A DNA stretch of 64,000 bases from Haliotis cracherodii (taxonomy: Eukaryota), in assembly GCF_022045235.1 (NCBI RefSeq), contig NW_027266267.1, forward strand, positions 11,780,001 to 11,844,000. The letters are read 5' to 3'. Made by a program: the position numbers and the translations under genes. Under the pieces are notes generated by a model. The model ran no database searches and was not told where the DNA came from. It was given only the letters and a program-made list of their open reading frames with translations. This document shows, in pieces, positions 26,701-38,736 of this stretch; position 1 is the first letter of the stretch, and each line of letters begins with the position of its first letter.

Positions 26701-29700
26701 GCTTAGCTGTGCAAAGTACAATATGCGTGATATCCTTCATTGATGAATACATGGTTAACCAAGTAAGTTGTATGAAAAGTAGTGTTGAAATACGAAACGT
26801 GCTTATCTTTCATAAAATACATTACTTAATTACTTAGAGAGTTAACGCTCTCTACTTGAAGTATCAATATGACGCTAAATATGTTGCAACCATAATTGTC
26901 CTGGTGGATGTATCACATCAGACTGGACGCCGTTAACTACCCCTTTTGTAGATACCAGATAATACTGATGTATTATGAGAGATCACACGTAATATAGGAA
27001 TTATTGGTTGGTTGTCCGAACAATATCCGTGCTCGTGGTTTTCATAAAAGTGGTAAACGTCTATGAACTGTAATACTATGAGGAAGAGAATATATGGATG
27101 TCAACGTCTTTATAATGAGGAACACAACGAGTATATTATGCTTACTCCTTCATCAGGTTAATTCATTCATGAAGGAGGAAGCATTTACTCCGAAACGTCC
27201 CTCATAATGACGAAATTGGCATCCATATATTATCTTTCTTATGTGCATCACACACATACACGTATATGCACGTCACTATATAAGTGCAATAATCTTGAAC
27301 GCGATGTTCACCTAACCTTATGCGATGCTAGATTGTATTATCCCGCATCATATATTTGTATTTCTGAACATAAGGACTTAAATCGGTCTGGCATTGTATA
27401 CATTGGTGCATCTTTACAACTGCTTTCTCTACGAACAGACCCGTGAAGATCCGGTGTAGAATAGGTCTTCAGGAACCCAAGCTTGCCGTAAAAGGCGACT
27501 ATGCTTGTCGTAAGAGGGGACTAACGGGATCGGGTGGTCAGGCTCGCTGACTTGGTTTGAAACATGTCATCGTATCCCAATTGCGTTGATCAATTATCAT
27601 GATGTTAATCACTGGATTGTCTGGTCCTTACTCAATTATTTACAGACCGCCGTCATATAGCTGGAATACTGCCGAGTGCGGCGTAAAACAACACACAAAC
27701 AACCACTAGGAACAACTCACTGATGCCACAGGTGAGTCCGTCTGGCTGAAGTGTGAGACCGTCAGGACAAATACAAAAGAAACCGTTGCCAGGGTTGGGC
27801 AAACAGATATGGCTGCATCCACCACGCCCGTTGCTACACGCATTAGTACCTGAAGTAGAGCAAAATACAAAATTGCTAGTTAATGGATAATGCTTATCGT
27901 GACACATCTCCCGCAGATCACTGTCACAACCTCATTGTTCACCTTGTTGTAAAGTGTTGAAGTACGGCAAAATACAAGCGACAAAACACTTTCCATATTC
28001 ATAAGAAATCTCTTCCAAAAGCAAAGTCGATTGTAAGATTCAGACTATACCATGAGCATGTGTTTATGAATCGCTCTCAACATAGTGATGATACCAGGTT
28101 TTCGCGAAAAGGTGAACGGATCCCACCTTTCACATATGGTACAAGTCAAAATAGAGAATTGCATCGGACACCATTCTAGTCATCGATGCCTCAAATTTTC
28201 AAGTGTCCCTGATTAAGAAACTCTTGAGTGGTTTCATCTTCTCTGCAGTCTTCGTGGACACCTGATGCTGGATCTGTTGGAATATTGCTGACATAAACTG
28301 AAAGTTGACAGTTGGGAAGATCAAGTGGACCCTCTTGTCATCCCAGTGTGAGGAAAGTGTTGTGTCACTCTGAATCTTTATGCAGGGTTCTATATATGAA
28401 ACCAGAGAGGGGGTCTCACTGGTCTCCTTTTTCAAGTTCAGTGGAAGGGAATGGGGTGATTGATGGTTATTGAATGATATCAGATCATCGATTTATACCT
28501 GGAGCCTAAGTGGGCACGGGTGGCCCAGTCGTCTAAGGCGCCGCGACTGGCTGTGTAGAGCTGCGTCGCTTGGGCAAGCCAGATATCTATCATATCCGTG
28601 ATATAACTGGAATACTGTTAAAAGCGGCGTTAAACACAACTCACTCACGCACTTACTCATATGCTTACAGGGAACGGACATTTATAATAGTAAGAAAAAT
28701 TGAGGGTGGAACCTGTTTGTCACGATTCTACCAAAATAACTTTCGACCGTACAATGGACTTTGCATTCGCCAGAGACTTCCTGTGATTATGGAAATGGTC
28801 AACATTACAGAACATCACCTGTCTGGACGCTGACCATGGGTGCTGAAAACAGGTTCAACCAGCCCTCCGTACCAGTTTTAAACAATTTTCTAAACATTTG
28901 AACACAAACCCAGCTCCAGGGATGATATTTATTTGATACTGTGTATCATTAAGGTACGTTGTCACAATGTGTCATTCCGTTGAGAATGTACGTCTACACT
29001 GAGATGTGTATGAGATTGTCCCATTACTTGTAATTGACAGACGGTTCTGCATATGATAATAAACAGCTTCACGCCCACTGATATCTCCCGAGCATGACTT
29101 GAAAATGTATAATTCATTTCTGGCATTGTATTTGATCTTTCTTAATTAAACACTCTGACTAATCTGGCGTTACAGGATTGAGAATAATTTAATGAACAAA
29201 ATCATATTCCGCTAAGGACATTGTTGTATTAGTGGATGATGTTGTCTGCGCGTTGTGAGGCAATTAAATTAGCTACTGACATGTCATATAGCGGTGACAT
29301 GGATAGCTTCATGGGTTATAACGAATGTTGTCACATACCTGATGGACCCCAGCCATCTCTGTGGTAGTGGATGTCGTTCAGACGCCCAAACCCACCTGGC
29401 CCCACCGTTGTCAGTCCAGTGCCGTCATCATACATCCGAAATACAGTTCTACATATTCAAATTCAAATTATATAGTGAAAGTTAATAGAAGCTTGAATGC
29501 CGTTTTGGCTGTTAACCGTTTTCACTGTGGCCTGTCACTAAAATTAAGACTATGAAACAATGAAATAGGTTCTCAGCCATGTTATCCAAATAGGATTACT
29601 GTATCAGTGATGTTCATGTTAGATATACTAACACTTTACTGAATAGTAGTTGAATCATCTTCAAATTAGACAAAGTCAGTTATGGAAATACTTCAGTGTT

Positions 29701-32700
29701 ATGTGAGAACCGTATAAGCCATATTAGTCCACTGGATCTCATTAAAACTTCGGTGGTACTACAACGTCAACTTACAGATATATAACAAAACAGTTCAGTT
29801 CTTGTTGATTGCGACTCAGGAGATTGCTGTTATACTAGTAAGCCGTGTAGCTACAGTCATTGGATACTAGCTGAAATATACTTGCTGTTGTCAGATGAAG
29901 GGTCAGTGCCATTCACAAGATGTACCCCTAACTGGAGACTGCTGGTACCTACTGCAGGGACAGTAAGGTGACTGACAAGTATTTACTGAAGCACTGCTGG
30001 CACCTACTGCAGGGACAGGAAGGTGACTGACGAGTGTTTACTGAAGCACTGCTGGTACCTACTGCAGGGACAGGAAGGTGACTGACAAGTGTTTACTGAA
30101 GCACTGTTGGCACCTACTGCAGGGACAGGAAGGTGACTGACAAGTGTTTACTGAAGCACTGTTGGCACCTACTGCAGGGACAGGAAGGTGACTGGCACCT
30201 ACTGCTACCTACTTTTGGGACCAGTCGGTGAAGAAGAGATAGTCACTAAAATATATAATGCCGAAATACTGAGATCCCACGCTGGAAGACAGAACGACAC
30301 GGTTGCGTCCGTCAAGCCGAGATTTTTCAATTTTACCAGAACCCTCATCACACCAGAAAAGCTCATTACCTGCAACAGAAGAACACATGATTACCTGTCT
30401 CCAGAGTCCAAACCAACAAATTCCAAACCAGTGTCTACCCACACCGATCAGTACATCCACTTCACAGTCTCGTTTATCACAGATTACAACATGAGACCTG
30501 TCATGTTTGTTCTTTTAAATTCATCAATCTGACAACAGTTAGAGACAGGGAACAGTTACCGTCTGGGTTGATGGCAATGCCTGTTGGTCGAATCAGTTGC
30601 GTTGTTACAAGAGGAGTTCTCATCGACCCGTCATATGACGCTCTCTCTATCTTTGGACTGTGCCCATAGTCACACCAGTAAACGAGCCTACAGAATACAA
30701 GAACAAAACTTGCTATCCTCCTTTTGATAATCTTCTGCTTCCATGGAAACATTACTAATGCAGGCACTTTTTTATCTTTGAAAGAATCAAGACGGATTCT
30801 TTAGTAATAATCATGACATGGTTTAGCACTCTCCGTATGCTAGTTCATATACAGACAAAATTATCAGATCAATGTTTCATTCATGCCCATTCTGGCAAAA
30901 GAACTGTTACATTCAGAAATAATGTACATATTGGGCTTAAAATGATACATTTTGCTATCACCAACTTTGATAAAGATTCTAATAAAGTAATACGAAATGA
31001 GCTTGCTGTATAATGTAACCCTAGCAATATCAAATAAAGGATGCATGTACCCCGACACTAATAATAGCAAAAGCAATGTCACTGTTGCACTGTAACTGAT
31101 ACATGTGACCTAAAAGCGGCGTTAAACCCAACTCACTCACTCACTCACTCACTCACTCACTGATGCATGTGACCGTTTACAGCAGAACAATATGGTATGT
31201 GTCCCATAATAACAGTTAATACTGTTCCAGGCTGATGGGTGAGTGAGTATGTTTTTTACGCTGCTTTTAGCAATATTCCAGCAATATCACGACAGGGGAC
31301 ACCATGACGGGCGAACGCTTTAACCACTAGGCTACCCGACCGACCCTCTAGGCTGATAAACTATTGACACTATGTTAGAAAAACACAGCGAGAAGATGTC
31401 ATGTGTCACTGTGTCCCTAGACATGTGTATCTTCACATAAATAGTAAAACGCCTTGGTACCTATGTGTTGTGATGCGTTGCAACTATGAAGGAATGGATG
31501 ATAGCATTGTCTGTCAAATCTCAGCCGATGAGCAGAGCTTTAAAATGTACCAGCTCTTGTTTTCTTCAACTTTAGTGTTGCCACTCACAATAAATCATCA
31601 AAAATATCAAAAATAAAAAAATCATTATACGATTCCTGACGTATCGACCTAATAGTACATGAGAGCTACATTGTTGAAAACACTGACACGATGTTCGTGC
31701 ACACTCACCCAGTGGACGGGTCCGACACGATGGCCCTGGGTTCATCCAGTTCTTCCTTGATGATAGTCAGGTGAGCAAAGCCGTCAATAGTCACCAGTCC
31801 AATGATGTCGTTGCCAGTGTCTGTGTAGAAGATCAGGCGTGTCACCGGGTCGACGGAGATACCATTGGGCACAGCCGCTGGCAAGGAATGAAAGGATACC
31901 AGTTTAGTGTCGGATGTTACACATGTGCAAAAAAGGAATGGTTGTGAAATGTGTCAACTGGTTGATTGTGACGGCATGCCCTGATGGTTTGATGGGATCA
32001 CCGGCGACCAACCAATAGTTGGCATCAGCCTATAGAAGGTGTGTCATCAACGTTCTCTATAGAAGGGAGGGGGGGGGGGGGGTTGGGGGGGGGAATTTAA
32101 TACAGAAATTCAGAGTTAACGCAGGCAACCAATTGTAGAAGCCAGTCAGGATCACGAGCATGATGGGCGAAGCATGATAAGACATCCGACCTGGCGGCCT
32201 CCGAGTTGACAGTGGCATGGCGGCAACAACAGAGGCATGAAACAACAAAATCAAAAGCAAGAAAAGGAATATGATAGACTTAATTTGCTGAGAGTCACTA
32301 GATTGTGAAAGTGACTGTGTCGAGTTTAGGTGAGGGCTTATGTAAGAACAAATTGTCTAAATAATCACAGGAAATGTGGATCTATGCCAGTGTAGGCATT
32401 TTGAAGGACACCCAAAAGATGCAGACATACCAGGCATACACGATTATCAAAAGTATGTACAGGATATTTGCATCCAAGTATGTGTCGGGTATTTTTTTAT
32501 GGTCTGAGTAAAGCACAATCACACACACATGCTCCTCACCAATCTCAACAACACAATTGTGAAAGTGTGCAGTGTGTGAGACTCCTGCCTACTTTAGTCC
32601 GAAGCGGAGGTGGAGAATGTCTACAAGCATACAAACATCACAGATTTGTAAAGGAATGTGACTGAAAAGCAAATAAGGCAAGAAAGTATGTTAGGCAATT

Positions 32701-35700
32701 GTGTTGGTTAGCCCTTTAGGGGCCACACCAAATTCAGTGGGCTAAATTTCAAGGGAGACGGTGATGCCACCTATATATTTGACTGCAAATTGTTCTTTGG
32801 TGCAATGAGAGCATCAATGAGTCCAAAAGTATTTCCACTTCTCACCTCAAATCAAAGTATAATGTAACAGTAAGTTCTTGTGGCACTATCCGGCAGTAAA
32901 CTGGAGGGATTTCAAGAAGGAATAGATGACTTTGCGTCCAGAATATGTGCAACTGAACATCAACTGGAAACCCTCATTTTAGCTGAGTTAAGCTGGGATG
33001 GAAGTACAAGGATGTTGTACCTTTCTGTGGCGACTGCCGAAGACAAGGAACTCACTTCTAGATAACAGTGACAAGGTGTTGTTGGATGAGGAATTTAATA
33101 CATGGTGGCATTATTTCCTTAAAACTTTCAAAGGCTTGAAACAGTTCTTAGATAGGAGACCCATATACACAATTCAGACCAGAGAGACGTACCTGCTTTT
33201 ATGCTGAATTGGTGAATATCAACTGGTTATGTGATATGTCAGAAGTGTATGACATGCACATAAACGTGAAGGAAGTACTTGCAATTGTGTTTGGAGTATT
33301 GAGATGGCCAAATGCATTGACTGACAAGCGGAGGCCAAGATTAATAAGGATAAGATAATTAATTAAAGGACCCTTGGCAATTGTCTCCCTCAGCATTCTG
33401 TTTTTGGTGTCAGGCAAGCTATAATAAACAGGAACATGAATATCTGGAAAGATTGTGGACAGTTACCTGTATTAAGCTGCCAAATAACCTTTTCCGTTGT
33501 GCCAGACAGTGTTACACTGCGGATTTGTTTGGAACCAACATCTGTCCAAATGATTCGCCCATCAACGAAGTCATAATCAATTGCCACTGGGGTGTCTGCT
33601 GAGGACACTGGTATGTCGACGTAACTATAGGTGCGGCCATCCATACGGTAGATCTTCTTATCTGCCGAATCTGTTATCAGCAGGAAGTTGTTGGGTAGCT
33701 GTGCTGAAAGTGATGAAGGTATATGCCTTTTATTCCTATGTCTAACAAATTAGTTTAAGTGTATATATACTTGTCAACCACACTCTGTATATCACTTGCT
33801 TGATAACGGTGTTAGCACCTACACCGAAACGTCCCTCTCAATTGTAACAAAGACATTGATCATCCATGAATATTATCCTTACTTGATACTCAAACTTTGA
33901 GGCCGTCGATGGCCATGACGTTAATTAACAGTATCACGAGACAGCTGATGTCCGACCTGATGAGCACGTGACTCCAGCGTCGTGGTTGTGACCACAATCA
34001 TCTGCTCTCCATCCCCCGAGTGGACACTGTGTAATGGTCGCCTCTGACCCAAGACATGTCAAGTTATTTAGCCATATCGGACCTGTGCCTTCGCCAAAAG
34101 CGGCCTGGCGCTGGATAGAACCTCCAGATCTGACAACAACGATGTATAGTCTTTTCAAAACTAAATGAAACTAATCATCCTTCGCACAACATACCTGAAC
34201 TTAATTCTAGCACTAATGACGTATTGTTTTACACCATACCACAGCTAAGAGTAGATATCATTTGTGTACCGTCACACCACACAACACAACAAAGTCTATC
34301 AATGGCCTATCGTCTAACACAGTACAGCAAAGACGCGACGAAATGACGAAATAATCATTGTAAGCAATAAACTAAAATATATTTTCAACGTTGTCGTGAA
34401 TGTGCAATACGACAGTCCAGCACAAAGGATATTGATATAGATATGACGGCACATACCGTTAAGGACACAACTGTGAAGCAGTGTACGTATACAATAGAAT
34501 ACAATGTATACAATACATGAGTTTAATGTACACGGCCTTGGTTTGTGAGGTAGTTAAGTAATTGTGTATTTGGGACAATTCCGAAATCGCATGTTTATTG
34601 GAATCATACCAAAATATTTCATATTCATGAAGAGCTGATTGGATGGATGACTTGTGATGAATAGGTTACATTAAAGCTTACTCATTATTTTAACATGAGC
34701 ACTTCGGTCAAGGAAAGTAGAGACATGCGATCGCATTTCTACCGACCTGTCATTAAGGTGGATCTAGAATTCATCAATATCCAAAATGTCTTGAAATGGA
34801 ATCGTATGACGGTGACGCTAAATATCCCCGAATAATATCGTATGTCCTAGTCATTGATATGAACAAGGTGTAATTTTATTTTATTGTAATTTGTCGATAT
34901 GTGTTAATTCTGACAGTCGTTCATATCATGCGATTGCCTCACTATATAACTATATAGCTGGACCTATTATATTGGTATCAGAGCACCGTTGCATCTGTTG
35001 TCAAATACTTTAGGTTAAAAGTCGTAGGCTAACATTGGCCATACAATCTGTAAAGTGAAATTCCATCATTGTCAGGGCAGAAAGACTTGGTTCTATTCTG
35101 TTTCAACTGTACTGAACACATGTAACCGCCCATACGGCATTCAGGTTGCAAAGATGAATAAAGGCTGTGTTCATTGTGAATTGTTTAAGAAGTTGACGGA
35201 TGACAAAGTAGACACAATTTATGGATCTTTTGGATTGATGGATTAAGGATCTATACCGAGACGTCGCTTTTACAGTAAAAAAGAAGTTATCATTGTCTTT
35301 ACATTGTCTTTATTTATTCGTCAATGTATAGGCCAACGACCCATGGTACATATAATGGTCCACAGAAAATAACACAGATTCACGATAATTAAATAGTTGT
35401 TATCAATAAATTGTGTCTACTATGATTTCATTGTGGTTGTTCGCGTCCACAAAATACATCATCATGCACATGCATCCATGTTAAAGTGAATACGTACACC
35501 TCGGATCGTCCCTGGCATCATCAGAATAAAGAACATGTGTGATGATAAAGGGGAGCATAAAGGACGAGGTGTCATGATTTTTTTCTGCTATAGACACAAA
35601 CACATACATGCAGGCATTGTGAGATAGAATAAAGAATTGGTACTGACGTGAAGTCGGAGTATCCCAGCATGGAACAAATGACGGCAGCATCTTTGACGTC

Positions 35701-36705
35701 CCAGGTCGTGTCACAGACTGTTCCCCACGATCCAAACGCGTACACTTCGACCCGGCCTTGATTGGCAGTAGACCCACCAACAAGACGTACAAATGTCTCG
35801 GCTGGATTTGGCGTTGACATAGGTGAAGGAGACATTCCATCAGTAGTTAGCTGTAATACTATTCAAAAATGTATTTGTTTACACAGAAATGGTTCAATAA
35901 TTTACAGATGATCAAATGCAGATGCGTGTTTTACAATGAATAAACATTGGTAAGTTCAAGTTTAGTAGTATTACCAAGTTGGGATTGTCAGCCATCTGGA
36001 AGATGACCTTAGCATTGACCTATTTTGACTCGAAGACATCACAGCTGAGGTGGAGAACATTCGTGGACAGCCAGAAGGTCTTCTCCGAAACTCGCCCCGA
36101 CAAATGTGTGGGGGTGGCCCAGTCGTCTAAGGAGCTGCGATTCGCAGAGTTGCGTCCCTTGGAAACGCCAGAAACCTGTGATTGTGAGTTCGAATCCCGG
36201 TTCGCCCCGATCCTGTTTCTAGGTTTGTCAGTACCATGCCCGTACTTGTGGGTTTCGCCGAAGTGGTTAACTACTTAGACATGCATCACTTCGGGCTTTC
36301 CTCCCACATTAAGCTGACACGCCACGATATAACTGGGCTACTGTTAAAAGCGGCGTTAAACCCAACTCACTCACTCACTGCGACAAATGTGTATCAATGT
36401 GAAAGGGGACCATATTGAATGTCGTAAGGTCACGTCTTCTGTATGAGGCTCAGAACATACCAATCGGCCCTCTCTGTTATTTGCCAGTTACCGTAATGGT
36501 GATCTACATAAATATTACATCACAATGACACGGCACATCGTTATCTAGCTAACGACTGGCTGGTTGGACTGTACTGTGGCTGCTAATCTGATACAAAACT
36601 ATACGCATTGTGTTGTGTTACATTTGAACTGTGAGACATACCTTGTGTGGGACGCCACAACAGCAACAACACTGTGAGTGGTGACCAACATCTGTGGTAT
36701 GGCAT
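19455..36705 (-). CDS. Type-I membrane mosaic receptor SP-SRCR-YWTD propeller-EGF-CCP-HYR-CCP-CCP-CCP-TM-NPxF tail (~878 aa)
   Basis: 16 phase-consistent GT-AG exons: 36705-36642 (SP), 35858-35648 and 34129-33957 (SRCR: VRLVGG..GRVEV..WGTVCD..GPIWL..C.H.HDAGVTC), 33703-33467, 31877-31709, 30687-30560, 30369-30213, 29448-29339 (IWTD/FYTD/YWCD/FWCD/FFTD blades), 27849-27721 (EGF), 26706-26512 (CCP), 25886-25644 (HYR), 25125-24931, 24126-23917, 22998-22789 (CCP), 22281-22179 (TM), 19557-19455 (tail). Confidence 0.9.
19921..20680. mobile_element. Non-coding insertion with a 15-bp inverted repeat and a 142-nt terminal hairpin (possibly non-autonomous Crypton-like)
   Basis: tatttattacttgcc (19921) / ggcaagtaataaata (20523); palindrome 20539-20680; absent from the duplicate copy. 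Confidence 0.65.
23310..23599 (-). mobile_element. tRNA-headed SINE family B (V-domain-like)
   Basis: Head GGGCACGGGTGGCCCAGTC, core CGTGGGTTTC...TTTCCTCCCACA, (ACTC)n tail; copies 28512-28650, 36110-36378, 36985-37152, 38040-38255, 40043-40321, 41985-42240. Confidence 0.8.
26111..26350. repeat. Decayed ~31-bp intronic minisatellite
   Basis: About 7 degenerate copies of tctgacactcaaattgttgaacacatctat. Confidence 0.5.
27438..27703 (+). mobile_element. Non-tRNA-headed SINE-like retroposon family C
   Basis: Starts GACCCGTGAAGATCC, ends GGCGTAAAAC(AAAC)n; copies 12991-13140, 41720-41950, 55578-55812 (12-bp TSD), 62392-62640, and partial minus-strand copies near 2000, 7740 and 16260. Confidence 0.8.
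28176..28500 (-). pseudogene. Penelope-like reverse transcriptase fragment
   Basis: Degenerate DKR..FPTVNF motif; same family as 60080-60495. Confidence 0.5.
29938..30207. repeat. 55-bp tandem repeat (~4.8 copies) next to an exon donor
   Basis: Units start at 29938, 29993, 30048, 30103 and 30158. Confidence 0.95.
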
Positions 36706-38571
36706 ACTCAGTGGATGGGTACAACTTAGAGATGCACATCAAGGAACAATTCTGTTTGTGGGAATCAGCAACCGATGTCGACACATATCCAAGTATAAAG
36801 ATAGCCGGTGATAACTAGATCAAGATACCAAATCTCTCAACTATGTGATACTGCTGAGTCCCAGAACGCGACCTCGCATCAATCAGTGATTTTTTTTATA
36901 ATGACATGGCTTGTGATAGGAAGACGACTGTTATATAGTTTGACTTAACACTAGCTCGTAGTTTAACGGTTAGACGGTTGGCCACGATTATGTTTCTAGG
37001 TTTGTCAGCACCATACCCATCCTCGTGGGTTTCACCGAAGTGGTAAACGTCTGAGACCTGCATCACTTCGGGCTTTCCTCCCACATTAAGCTCACAAGCC
37101 GTGATATAACGGGAATGATGTTAAAAACGCGGTTAAACCCAACTCACTCACTGTGATAAGAAGACGACTGTTATCTTATTTTGGCTTTACGCTAGCTCGT
37201 AGTTTAACAATTGGACAGCCTACTATGTACACAATTGACGTGTCATAACTTATTTATGAGATATTTTAGGTCTGATTCATGCGGTCTTTTAGGGATGGGA
37301 AACTCGTAAGTTTCGCTTCCATTACGTGCATGTTCAACGCCGTATGACAACATGAACATACGCATCTGCATGCACCAACCACGCGTCTCACAGGCCTCTA
37401 CACCTGTGGTCCAGTTAAATAAAGAAGAATATAATTACTTGTAAATATTATTCATACGTGGAAGCAAATCATTCATGCCTAACCGTCTTTCCTTTAAAAG
37501 ATACGCGTCTGAGACCTGCACAATTTCAGGCCTTCCTCCCCACAATCCAGTGACTGACATCATGAGCATCTCATTTCAAGCATCAATTCATACACGGAAC
37601 AAGCATATGTGCCTAGGGCAAAATGCGTAAACAAATATCAGCTTGAGGCAGTAAAACACTTCGTAGTCTTACTAACATTCATTATGAGGTCACACTGATA
37701 TACTGTTGCCCCATTGTGCAACTGGGGTTCTGTTCAAAGCTGCGTTAAACCCAACGCACTCACCCACAAGTGAGTGAGTTAAGATATATAGTCACATCGG
37801 CAGTAGTTAACCCATATCGTGACAATCAAGAGTTGTGCATAAGATATACATTTAGCAGTAAAAAAGCCTGTCAACAACGGACAGTAAAATAACTACACAT
37901 ATCACAGATTTATGTTTAAAATTAGCATGGAACCATTACAATACATTACTATACATACCAATACATTATTACAACGGACTATAGATTGCAAGCAACTGAA
38001 GGTAGATCACCATGCTAGGGTCCATGGAGACTTACAGGTCGTGTCAGCCTAATGTGGGAGGGAAGCTCGAAGTGATCCCGGTTCGCCCCGATTATGTTTC
38101 TAGGTTTGGCAGCACCATACCGTGTTCATGGGTTTCACCGAAGTGGTAAACGTCTGAGACCGGCATCACTTCAGGCTTTCCTCCCACATTAAGCTGACAC
38201 ACCGTGATATAACTGGAATACTGTTAAAATCGGCGTTAAACCGAACTCATTCACTCCAGGTGTGTTGATTTGTCTTTATAGAAGCAAGTTTTATAATAGG
38301 AGGTCTCGTACCTGATTTGGAGATAAGATGATGGGCCCTCCATTTGTACACCATCTGCAGAATCCAAATCCACTGAAACCCTCATAAAATCTATAACACG
38401 CATATCACTTTCCTCACTTGTATCTCTCATCTGATCTTGAGGCCCATGGATTCTTAACACCCATAAAGTATCACTGAAAAGGTATATGTACTTTTCCAAA
38501 TGTGGATTGACACGCTCATGCTATATGTAGTGCCGTATTGTGCACCTGCACCATCACTTCAAACGTATATG

Positions 38572-38736
38572 GGGGCTGTCGGGTAGCCTAGTGGTTAAAG
38601 CACTGGCTCGTCACGCCGAAGCCCGGGTTCGATTCCCGACATGGGTACAATGTGTGAAGCCCATTTCTGGTGTCCCCCGCCGTGATATTGCTGGAATATT
38701 GCTAAAAGCGGCGTAAAACCATACTCACTCACTCAC
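38572..38736 (+). mobile_element. Full-length SINE family A with 13-bp TSD
   Basis: TSD tcaaacgtatatg at 38559-38571 and 38737-38749; tRNA-like head with GTC at the anticodon position. Confidence 0.92.

Noticed and set aside
29938-30207. CRISPR-like array
   Set aside because: Head-to-tail repeats without unique spacers, in a eukaryotic intron.
38572-38645. tRNA-Asp-like gene
   Set aside because: It is a SINE head: followed by SINE body and tail, flanked by a TSD, with no proper acceptor stem.
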